From: a virus
Lineage: Duplodnaviria > Caudoviricetes
DNA length: 49,762 nt
Virus record (IMG/VR): IMGVR_UViG_3300042450_000301
Location: 1-49,762 of that record
Strand: one strand, 5' to 3'
Position 1 is the stretch's first letter, and the number at the start of each line of letters is the position of its first letter. Position numbers and translations under genes: made by a program. The notes beneath the pieces were generated by a model. It was not told where the DNA came from. It saw nothing but the letters and a program-made list of their open reading frames with translations, and made no database searches. Positions 1 through 7,085 of this stretch are shown piece by piece.

Positions 1-19
1 CGAAGCATAAGGCTAGTTT

Positions 20-217
20 ATGGACGCAGTAATAATCTATCTGAAGGACAAAGCTAATGCTGCTGGGAAAGTCGAGATCTCTGTAGAGGTTATCGGCTAC
101 CCAGTTCAGTCATTATTGCTGGCTGATCAAATTATTGGGGATATATCTGCCTCCGATACAGTCACCCTGGTACGCGACAGCGTATTCATACAATCACCTT
201 CTGAAACACTTCAATGA
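20..217 (+). CDS. hypothetical protein
   Basis: 65-aa ORF converging on and overlapping the primase 3' end; no motif recognised. Confidence 0.5.
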   Translation: MDAVIIYLKDKANAAGKVEISVEVIGYPVQSLLLADQIIGDISASDTVTLVRDSVFIQSPSETLQ

Positions 218-979
218 TTCAATCGCCTCTTCAGGTGAAACCCTTAGCTCAAAGTCGTTAAAGTCTTCTCCCTCAACTGGGGATACCCAATAGGGTTGGC
301 CAGTTTTAATTGCGCACTTGATACCTACTGGATCATTGTCTGCCACGATAAAACATTCCGGGAATTGCCTGGCTACTTCCATAATATTGCCAGCAGAGAA
401 GCAAACATGCAGCTTGTACGGTTTCTTTGCCAACTTGAGTACGCGGCGAATCGAGAGAGCGGTTGCAAACCCTTCGCATAGGATGACCGGCCCCCCTTTA
501 TCAAAGCAAAACGATGCACCCTTAGTTCTTTGTCCAGTTAAGAATCGTTTAGTACCATCAGGATAGATAAGCTGGCAGCCAGCTAACTCATCACCAATAC
601 GCATAGGGATTACTAAGTGACCATTCCATAGATGTCCTTGAGTAGTAGGGAATCCTTTAGCAACCAGGTAAGGATGCGTACCTTTAGTAATTTCCATAAG
701 GATTTTTTCTGCTCTTGCTATTGCATTCTTGCGGCGCTTAATGATCTTCTCATCAAACTCTTTAGCACGAGTCCTAGCCGGAATAGCTATCGCGTTATCA
801 AAATACGGAATAGCCTTCTCATGCATAGCCCAATTCTTAACCGCGCCTTGGCGGCCATCAAATATATAAGAGCCATTACGTTTATGAGGCTTGTCGGTAG
901 TAGCACAACGCACCCATCTATCCATGTAGATATGGTCAATGATCAGGCCATGCGCTTCAGCAAACTGTTGAAAGCTCAT
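194..979 (-). CDS. Toprim-domain DNA primase
   Basis: LCEGFATA, IVADND and DFND Toprim motifs; downstream of the helicase. Confidence 0.85.
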   Translation of the reverse strand: MSFQQFAEAHGLIIDHIYMDRWVRCATTDKPHKRNGSYIFDGRQGAVKNWAMHEKAIPYFDNAIAIPARTRAKEFDEKIIKRRKNAIARAEKILMEITKGTHPYLVAKGFPTTQGHLWNGHLVIPMRIGDELAGCQLIYPDGTKRFLTGQRTKGASFCFDKGGPVILCEGFATALSIRRVLKLAKKPYKLHVCFSAGNIMEVARQFPECFIVADNDPVGIKCAIKTGQPYWVSPVEGEDFNDFELRVSPEEAIESLKCFRR

Positions 980-982
980 TCA

Positions 983-1168
983 TCATCTCCAAATTAAATC
1001 GTTAAATTTAAATCCGCGCTTCTCTAACGCAGCCTTAATCTTTTGCTTGGCCCTAGTTTCAATTGACCCAACATGCGCTCTACTCATGCCCAATACCTCA
1101 GCCACCTCTTGTTGAGTCATGTCGTACTGATCGTAGTCTGTTTTTTGTATCAGTTTTTTTTCTTTCAT
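983..1168 (-). CDS. sigma70 region-4-like HTH mini-protein
   Basis: MTQQEVAEVLGMSRAHVGSIETRAKQKI pattern. Confidence 0.75.
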   Translation of the reverse strand: MKEKKLIQKTDYDQYDMTQQEVAEVLGMSRAHVGSIETRAKQKIKAALEKRGFKFNDLIWR

Positions 1169-2646
1169 GCTGTCACCTTTGCTTTAGATTTTGTATACGC
1201 TATCATGCGGCTTTTAATCCACTTCAAAGTTGCTGGCGAAGTGGGTTGAATCTCTTTTGGTATAGACCTAGGGAATACACCATACTTTTCTTTATACTTA
1301 TGCGAAGCCCAGCCATCCTTATAATTTTTAAGCTTGCTGTAATACAGTAATTCAGAATAGAACTGCCTGTTATCAACCATAAGCTGTCGATTAGTCGCGG
1401 CCAACTCAAACATCTCACCGCTTAAACTGGTGACTGCATTGGTTCTTACTTTTACAAAACCACATCCTCCGCATGTATCTCCTGGAAATGTCCATAGGAT
1501 CTTGCATTTAGGACAAATAGACTCTTTCTTTTTCTTTTCTGTTAATTCTTTCTTAGCTTTCTCGCCGCCGCTCTTTAATTCTGTAACGCCCTCATAAAAT
1601 ACTTTGTCCCAATCATCACGGAATCTTAAGAAGTTTCCTGAGTGATCTAGCCAGACTCCGAATTCCTTCCCAGGATGCGTGCGCATAATGCGCCCCATTT
1701 GCTGAACGTGAGAACTAAATGACTTACTAAATGGGCGAGCCGATATACCAATGACAACATCAGTAACGTCAAAACCCCTAGTAAGAATATCAGTGGCGAT
1801 AAGACCGTGGATATCAGTATCAGGCTTCGAGAAATTTTCGATCGTTTGTCTTTTAAACTCATCATCTTCCTTATAAGAAATAGAAACAAAGTTATACCCA
1901 GCCTCAGCAAACTTACTAGCTAGCTCGCGCCCATGCTCTACGCCAGCAGAAAACACAATTGTCTTAACAGGCTTACCAAAAATCTCTTGAGTCTTCTGTT
2001 GCCAGGTTTCAACTACATCGCCAACAATCTTGATACCGCGCTCAGATACCTCATTCTGCGCCCACTCACCGGCAATCTTCTTAGCGCCGGTCATGTCAAT
2101 CTCTTTGGCCACATAGACTTTAAGTGGTACAAGCCAGCCCTTTTCAATCAACTCACCAGTAGGTGTCGCGCCCACTACATGTGAATAGATATCACCAAGC
2201 CCCTTAGTAAATGGGGTAGCGGTCAGGCCCAATACTCTAATCTGTGGGTTTCTTTTAATAAAGTCTACAACGCCCTTGCGTGTGACATGGCACTCATCAA
2301 TGATTAATAAATCAATATCAGGAAATGCTTCTCGCTTCTCTAACGTCTGTGCTGAGCAGATCTGAATAGATTCTTCGGGACGGAAGCGCCAATGCTGTGA
2401 TTGCATAACGCCATGCTCAATACCATAGCGGGATAGTCTGCGGCTGGTTTGATCTACCAGGACAATACGATCTAAGATCATCGCGGTTTTTTTAAACTTC
2501 TCAGTAACCGCTTTCATGATTGCCATTGCTACCTCGGTCTTGCCAAATCCCGTAGGAGCGTACAACAACTGGCATCTGTGGCCAGCTTTAAATCCTTCTC
2601 TTAACTTCTCAACAACTTCAGTTTGATGCGGACGCAGCTCTAACAT
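1165..2646 (-). CDS. SF2 (DExH) helicase with C-terminal Zn ribbon
   Basis: APTGFGKT, DECH, LTAT, TRGFD, QQMGRIMR; CPKC..CGGC; AGGAGA RBS. Confidence 0.93.
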   Translation of the reverse strand: MLELRPHQTEVVEKLREGFKAGHRCQLLYAPTGFGKTEVAMAIMKAVTEKFKKTAMILDRIVLVDQTSRRLSRYGIEHGVMQSQHWRFRPEESIQICSAQTLEKREAFPDIDLLIIDECHVTRKGVVDFIKRNPQIRVLGLTATPFTKGLGDIYSHVVGATPTGELIEKGWLVPLKVYVAKEIDMTGAKKIAGEWAQNEVSERGIKIVGDVVETWQQKTQEIFGKPVKTIVFSAGVEHGRELASKFAEAGYNFVSISYKEDDEFKRQTIENFSKPDTDIHGLIATDILTRGFDVTDVVIGISARPFSKSFSSHVQQMGRIMRTHPGKEFGVWLDHSGNFLRFRDDWDKVFYEGVTELKSGGEKAKKELTEKKKKESICPKCKILWTFPGDTCGGCGFVKVRTNAVTSLSGEMFELAATNRQLMVDNRQFYSELLYYSKLKNYKDGWASHKYKEKYGVFPRSIPKEIQPTSPATLKWIKSRMIAYTKSKAKVTA

Positions 2647-2662
2647 CTTCTCTCCTATTCAT

Positions 2663-2730
2663 CCAGGTAACCGCCTGGGGTCGGGGTGGGGTACTAACGT
2701 CGTGAAGGAGTAGAACTCCCGCTTTCCCCC
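2663..2730 (-). ncRNA. Intergenic RNA structure with an AGUA/GAA (loop E / sarcin-ricin-type) motif upstream of the helicase RBS
   Basis: Minus strand GGGG-GAA-AGCG...CGUU-AGUA-CCCC, then hairpin CCAGGC-GGUU-ACCUGG before AGGAGA. Confidence 0.5.
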
Positions 2731-2737
2731 GTTAAAA

Positions 2738-3622
2738 CTATGCTGCTTTATCGATTGCTAAATGTGCTTCTGCTGTCAAAGCACGATCTTTCCAAAAGTC
2801 TACTTCCTTTTGTAATGAAGTAATCTCTTTCTCTGCCTTCTCATAACGGCGCTTACCATACATAGCTTGCTTCTTTAGTTCTGCGCATTCGTTCTGAAAC
2901 GTATCACGAGAGACTCTGAGTACTCGATTATTCTCAGAGAGAGACGTGATCTCAGTTGCCATCTCTTCCAGTTTGACTGACGCAAGCTTCTTTTCTTCAG
3001 GCGTAGCTTCCATCGCAGCCACAGCAAGCCTTCTTTGGGACGCTTCAAGCTCTTCAACCATGGATTGCATTTCAGTCGCCATCTCGATGATTTTGTCTTC
3101 CTCCTCCGGCTGCATGTCAGGCTCATATTTTTCTTTCATAGCTGCGTTAGGTAACTTATATTCTACGTCACCACGCTTAACATTAATCATCTCAGGCTGC
3201 TTGCCTGCTGCTCTGCGTAGGCGGGCCACAAATGGATGTGATACGTCACAAGCAATAGCAATCTCACGATCAGACTGTTCGCTCCACTCTACGTCGTCCA
3301 GCATGGTCATTACTGCTTTGATTTTGTCTTCGTTAGAGCGGTGTAAACCATTCTTAGAATTCGCGGATAGTGCAAAGTAAATTGCATCGCGGCGTGTACC
3401 TTCGCGTACATCAGCATCGATAATCTCTAAGCCCGCTTTCTTATGGGCAAAGTAACGATGCCAACCGTCAGCCAGGTGATAGGTCGTACCGTCATGGAAT
3501 AAAACAACAGGCGGCATCTTGCCACCCTCGCGTAGGACATGAGCGTAATCCTCTATTGCTTGCTCATTAAGTTTTGCGCGGAGCTGGAGGCCAGCATCCA
3601 CTTTGATTTGTGATAGTTTCAT
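2738..3622 (-). CDS. ParB/Srx-domain protein with HTH and C-terminal coiled coil
   Basis: PPVVL..LADGWHR ParB motif; SDREIAIACDVSHPFV HTH; charged coiled-coil tail. Confidence 0.8.
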   Translation of the reverse strand: MKLSQIKVDAGLQLRAKLNEQAIEDYAHVLREGGKMPPVVLFHDGTTYHLADGWHRYFAHKKAGLEIIDADVREGTRRDAIYFALSANSKNGLHRSNEDKIKAVMTMLDDVEWSEQSDREIAIACDVSHPFVARLRRAAGKQPEMINVKRGDVEYKLPNAAMKEKYEPDMQPEEEDKIIEMATEMQSMVEELEASQRRLAVAAMEATPEEKKLASVKLEEMATEITSLSENNRVLRVSRDTFQNECAELKKQAMYGKRRYEKAEKEITSLQKEVDFWKDRALTAEAHLAIDKAA

Positions 3623-3804
3623 TAATTCCTCGTTAGTTCTGATAGTGCAAGTTTTAATTCATGATCCGTTGCTTTTGGATTATTGGCGACTCGAAGAGCG
3701 TTCATTGCGCGTTCTTTCCATCTGATACTAGTTTGCACTGATCCGCGCTGAACTGCATCGGGGATTACCCCAGCTTGCTTTTTTATTATTTCTCGTAACG
3801 ACAC
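3622..3804 (-). CDS. hypothetical protein
   Basis: GTG start with GAGGAG RBS; stop overlaps the ParB start. Confidence 0.7.
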   Translation of the reverse strand: MSLREIIKKQAGVIPDAVQRGSVQTSIRWKERAMNALRVANNPKATDHELKLALSELTRN

Positions 3805-3829
3805 TTCCTATCTCCTCGTATGTATTACA

Positions 3830-4051
3830 TGTATCTAGATACACGTGGGTATGTTGCCTTTTGGTGGACGCACCTAGCCTACCTAGGTCGCCCTTCAACT
3901 GTTGCCTTTCGGAGCCACAGCACCCGTCAGCCTTTTGAGGTACCAGTGCTAACTTCGCCGCTGGCATTTGCGCTATTTCAACCTCTCCCTACTGGTAACG
4001 CTATCACTTAGGCCGCCACGATGTCGTTAGAGCCGCCAACCTAAGAGACAG
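3830..4051 (-). ncRNA. Multi-stem structured RNA candidate in the replication-operon leader
   Basis: At least five stems (e.g. 3866-3877/3883-3893, 3898-3905/3914-3921, 4001-4013/4039-4051); no credible ORF. Confidence 0.5.
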
Positions 4052-4205
4052 AAAAGAAAAAACCCCATACAACTGGAGTCTATATTGGCCATTCGCTTAT
4101 GTTTATCACCTAGCAACTAAGCATAAGAAAACTATGTATAGACCCCATGTGTATGAGGTTTCGCTGGTGATTCTAGCATATCGAACCGGCCAAGGTCCAA
4201 TCTGT
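4052..4205 (-). ncRNA. C4/CI-like antisense RNA plus upstream target hairpin
   Basis: Long stem (4060-4070/4151-4161; 4074-4084/4137-4147; 4096-4105/4118-4127) with U-tail; its unpaired GGCCAA and GCUAGGUGA are complementary to upstream UUGGCC (4188-4193) and UCACCAGC (4163-4170). Confidence 0.6.
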
Positions 4206-4211
4206 AGTGAA

Positions 4212-4238
4212 ACTATAACACAAATAAAAAAGGGGCAA
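4212..4238 (-). promoter_or_regulatory. Extended -10 sigma70-type promoter for the antisense leader and replication operon
   Basis: TG-T-TATAGT at 4220-4212; TTGCCC 15 nt upstream of the -10. Confidence 0.55.
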
Positions 4239-4257
4239 GAAGTTTCTTCTCACCCCT
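4226..4257 (-). terminator. Rho-independent terminator after the 35-aa ORF
   Basis: AGGGGTGAGAAG..CTTCTTGCCCCT followed by a T tract. Confidence 0.7.
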
Positions 4258-4270
4258 GCGACTTACGTCG

Positions 4271-4378
4271 TTATTTCTTGAGCTGCTCTAGAACTGTGAT
4301 AGTCCAGTTAATCCACATATCATTGTACTTCTTAACTTGAGCTGTTACTTCCTTAACTTGCTTGTCTAAATCAAACAT
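4271..4378 (-). CDS. 35-aa amphipathic helical protein (phasin-like by inference)
   Basis: MFDLDKQVKEVTAQVKKYNDMWINWTITVLEQLKK; TAAGGAG RBS, own -10 and terminator; start moved from 4522. Confidence 0.7.
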   Translation of the reverse strand: MFDLDKQVKEVTAQVKKYNDMWINWTITVLEQLKK

Positions 4379-4397
4379 GGTTATCTCCTTAAGATAA

Positions 4398-4418
4398 TGT
4401 TGCAATGCAACAATTATA
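4398..4418 (-). promoter_or_regulatory. TATAAT -10 box followed by the palindromic operator TGTTGCA-N-TGCAACA (PhaR-box-like)
   Basis: Perfect 7-1-7 palindrome at 4398-4412, directly downstream of TATAAT (4418-4413). Confidence 0.6.
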
Positions 4419-4422
4419 ACTG

Positions 4423-4506
4423 AAAAAAGTGGGGACGGTATGATCACGTCCCCGAACGCGAGTGAAAGAGGATTATTCACTGAGCTATACCTGAGGAGGG
4501 TATTGC
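4423..4506 (-). ncRNA. Small RNA candidate: two hairpins with anti-SD loops plus an intrinsic terminator
   Basis: TATACT at 4516-4511; loops CUCCUCA and UAAUCCUCU; GGGGACG/CGUCCCC stem followed by U6. Confidence 0.55.
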
Positions 4507-4522
4507 CCCGAGTATACATCAA

Positions 4523-4549
4523 TTGATACGTCTTGAGACTTGTTGAGAC
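4523..4549. repeat. Three 10-bp-phased TTGAnAC direct repeats
   Basis: TTGATAC 4523, TTGAGAC 4533, TTGAGAC 4543. Confidence 0.7.
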
Positions 4550-4553
4550 ATTG

Positions 4554-4884
4554 AACTGGAAATATTACCAGTTGATTATAGGGTTTACCCTAGGTTCCCA
4601 AACGGAACCTAAATTAATACCTATAAGTATCAATTAACTTTACATATTGATACCTATATGTATATTTATTGACAAAAAGTATACATATCAACAGAGTTGT
4701 AGACATTTACTTTGTTATTGGCTGTGTATTTACTTTGTTGTAGGCAGCTTAATGACCTATTAAAGAGTCCTTTAATACCTGAAAGCCTTATTAAAGAATC
4801 ATTTACTAAACCTTACAAAATGCCCCGTTCGGGAATTTTTGTGTAATATACGCTACTTTTTCTTACATTATTCCCGTTCGGGAA
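4554..4884. promoter_or_regulatory. AT-rich non-coding array of different palindromes and paired repeats (origin or operator array)
   Basis: AACTGG..CCAGTT; TAGGGTTTACCCTA; TAGGTTCC..GGAACCTA; ATACCTATAWGTAT x2; ATTTACTTTGTT x2; TTAAT..ATTAA; CCCGTTCGGGAA x2. Confidence 0.6.
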
Positions 4885-4934
4885 ACTTTTTAAATTAATC
4901 ATGCCATCATGCCGCATGAAAGAGCAGAGCGTAC

Positions 4935-5333
4935 CTAATCTGTTAAGTCTTGTATAAGACTGGCCATGCGGGCAGTCAAAGTAGAACCATACTTGCTATA
5001 TTCCTTGACGGTTACATCGCAGCCACCACCTTTAATCTTTTCAGCCCGCTCAACGGTCAGCTTCCAAACCTGTTGGTCATCATCATAGAGATATCCCTGC
5101 AACGAATCTAGAATACATTTACAAATATTATCTATATCCAAAAGTCTTTTGTCTCGTGGATACAACACAATTGATACTTCTACTGGATCACTTCCAAATC
5201 CAGTTATCCCATTACAAGCCTCTGCTGCAGCAGCTTTAAAGGCCATGCCCCGCTTAGAAATATAGCGCCTCTTGCCCGATGTTAGCCAGTAGGAATTAAC
5301 AGAACAAGGATAAGGTAGCTTTAGGGTAATCAC
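4935..5333 (-). CDS. rusA: RusA-family Holliday junction resolvase
   Basis: LPYPCSVN start, DIDNxxKxxxD and YDDD catalytic pattern. Confidence 0.9.
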   Translation of the reverse strand: MITLKLPYPCSVNSYWLTSGKRRYISKRGMAFKAAAAEACNGITGFGSDPVEVSIVLYPRDKRLLDIDNICKCILDSLQGYLYDDDQQVWKLTVERAEKIKGGGCDVTVKEYSKYGSTLTARMASLIQDLTD

Positions 5334-5368
5334 TTATAAATAAATTGCATTAAAGTGGGTACGATGTA

Positions 5369-5397
5369 TTGACTGTATTCATAACTGTGATTATAGT
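5369..5397 (+). promoter_or_regulatory. Consensus sigma70 early promoter
   Basis: TTGACT-N17-TATAGT, followed by GAGGAG RBS and ATG at 5420. Confidence 0.85.
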
Positions 5398-5419
5398 CTT
5401 AAAAAAAGAGGAGAGGTAT

Positions 5420-6019
5420 ATGAAAGAGTATCGAGTGAAAGTAACGGTTAGGAATAACTTGTTACTGTCAGCGATTGAGGATGCTGGCTACAAATCTCAA
5501 GCAGAGTTTGCTAGAGCTGCTGAGTTAACGGAGACACAAGTTACAGCGTTAGTTGGGCTGCGGGCCTGCCCAATAAACAACGATGGAGAATTTTCAAAGT
5601 TAGCGCAAGCTGTTATGGAATTTTTAGGTGCCTGCCCAACAGATCTGTGGACAAACGAACAATTAACTATGCGTTTAAAAGTCAGTAGCGCAGAGGCTAA
5701 AATTGATCAATACCAGTTACATGCAGTACTTGGAAAGAACGCATCTGATTTAATTGGATTTGAAGTTGAGCAAAACAATGAAGATCATTTACATGACTTA
5801 AAAAAATTAGTTGCAGAAAAGTTAGATACCCTTACTCCAAGAGAAAGAAAGGTATTGCAATTACGCTTTGGAATTGACGCAGAGACCCATACATTATCTG
5901 AAGTTGGCAATATGATGGATATGACTAGTCAAGGTATACGTCAAATAGAAGCAAAAGCATTACATAAACTGAGACACCCATCACGTTCCAGTGATCTCAA
6001 ACAATTTATAGAGGAATAA
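5420..6019 (+). CDS. XRE-HTH / RpoD region-4 fusion protein
   Basis: N-terminal [14 protein letters not shown]; C-terminal [33 protein letters not shown]; start moved to the RBS-supported ATG. Confidence 0.85.
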   Translation: MKEYRVKVTVRNNLLLSAIEDAGYKSQAEFARAAELTETQVTALVGLRACPINNDGEFSKLAQAVMEFLGACPTDLWTNEQLTMRLKVSSAEAKIDQYQLHAVLGKNASDLIGFEVEQNNEDHLHDLKKLVAEKLDTLTPRERKVLQLRFGIDAETHTLSEVGNMMDMTSQGIRQIEAKALHKLRHPSRSSDLKQFIEE

Positions 6020-6022
6020 GAA

Positions 6023-6214
6023 ATGACAGATAGACAGCGCAGACTGCGTGATTATTTCGCAGCTAAAGTAATGAGTGGCATGTGTTCCGGTGATTGGAAG
6101 TTTGATCTATCCAGCGGTAAGACCTGGGATGAGGTAGCTGCCAAGAGGGCTTATGAGCTGGCTGATGCCATGCTTGCAGAGCGTGAGATTGAAAACATTC
6201 CGACATCCCATTGA
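6023..6214 (+). CDS. conserved phage hypothetical (LRDYFAA..AYELADAML type)
   Basis: Common phage motif; GAGGA RBS. Confidence 0.75.
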   Translation: MTDRQRRLRDYFAAKVMSGMCSGDWKFDLSSGKTWDEVAAKRAYELADAMLAEREIENIPTSH

Positions 6215-6215
6215 T

Positions 6216-6593
6216 ATGAACGCAAATGAACTAGCTGATAAATTGGAAGACGCATTAGATACCGATAGCTGGTGTCAAGAATGTGGTTTAGAAACCACCG
6301 AGCCTGTTGCAAGACAAGCAGTTGCTATGCTACGCCAACAACAAGCTGAAATAGAGGCGTTGAGAATGGGCTTTGCTGGTAATGGAACTAGCGATTCTGA
6401 ATTGGCAGAAGTGCGGGCTATGGCTAACAGATGGTTTTTAGAAATAGAGGCGCTGAAAAAAGGCATTATAAAAATTAGAGAAGGCTGTAGTAACGTAAAG
6501 ACAGATGATGATTGCACCAAAGAAGTAAAGCAATTAGCTACTTTAATAATCAGAGACTGCAATATGACATTACAAAGATTAGAAGATGATTGA
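6216..6593 (+). CDS. phage hypothetical (MNANELAD..RQQQAEIEAL type)
   Basis: Starts 1 nt after the previous stop; internal EIEAL duplication. Confidence 0.7.
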   Translation: MNANELADKLEDALDTDSWCQECGLETTEPVARQAVAMLRQQQAEIEALRMGFAGNGTSDSELAEVRAMANRWFLEIEALKKGIIKIREGCSNVKTDDDCTKEVKQLATLIIRDCNMTLQRLEDD

Positions 6594-6666
6594 ACTAATT
6601 GTTGCTGCGTTGGTATTCCTTGTTTGCTATGTAGTCTATCTGTTTATGAAAGGCAGAGATGAATAA
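6586..6666 (+). CDS. 26-aa single-TM peptide
   Basis: MIELIVAALVFLVCYVVYLFMKGRDE; fills the gap with overlapping start and stop. Confidence 0.5.
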   Translation: MIELIVAALVFLVCYVVYLFMKGRDE

Positions 6667-6835
6667 GCGCAAAGAAGAATATTTTAAACTTGATAACAGT
6701 ATTACTTACTACCTAAAAGACTATGTGGACGACAGAGATAAACAAAGAAAAATTATCGAACGGAACAATGGCGATTTGTTCTACATTTTTAAACCAAGAG
6801 GAGAAGCAAATGAATGCAATATGGGAGAGAGCTAA
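6659..6835 (+). CDS. hypothetical protein (58 aa)
   Basis: MNKRKEEYFKLDNS...; overlaps its neighbours. Confidence 0.45.
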   Translation: MNKRKEEYFKLDNSITYYLKDYVDDRDKQRKIIERNNGDLFYIFKPRGEANECNMGES

Positions 6836-7085
6836 CAAGATTAGCGAACTAGGTTACAAGGTGCATAGCGCCGCAATGGTAGTGGAATTAGTAGCTACCA
6901 ATATTACAGATAACGCAGAAAGCGGTGCCTGCTGGTGCGCAGTAGATACTCTTACAAGAGTCAGCGATGAAATAGAGTCAGAAGTAGCGCACTTGATGAG
7001 CGAGAACCGTGCGCAAGAAGAATGCATTCGTAAGTTAGAGGCAGTTATAGCTAAGCATAAGCTAACCAAGGATGCAAAGAAATGA
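6810..7085 (+). CDS. hypothetical helical protein
   Basis: GAGGAG RBS before ATG 6810; ATGA overlap with GT10. Confidence 0.7.
   Translation: MNAIWERANKISELGYKVHSAAMVVELVATNITDNAESGACWCAVDTLTRVSDEIESEVAHLMSENRAQEECIRKLEAVIAKHKLTKDAKK

Noticed and set aside
3830-4051. Hammerhead ribozyme or tRNA
   Set aside because: CUGACGG is not CUGANGA; no T-loop, anticodon arm or acceptor stem; no tRNA was found elsewhere by eye
3728-4340. ORFs 3728-3967, 3820-4011 and 4134-4340
   Set aside because: No RBS or motifs, and they overlap structured RNA; probably spurious
4461-4506. CsrA/RsmA-sponge RNA on the plus strand (GGA loops)
   Set aside because: The loops are GAGGA rather than ANGGA, and the -10 box and U-tract terminator point to the minus strand
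4554-4884. Mini CRISPR array
   Set aside because: The repeats are short, differ from each other and lack constant spacer lengths
5369-5419. N-terminal extension from the TTG start at 5369
   Set aside because: That TTG is part of the -35 box; the RBS supports ATG 5420
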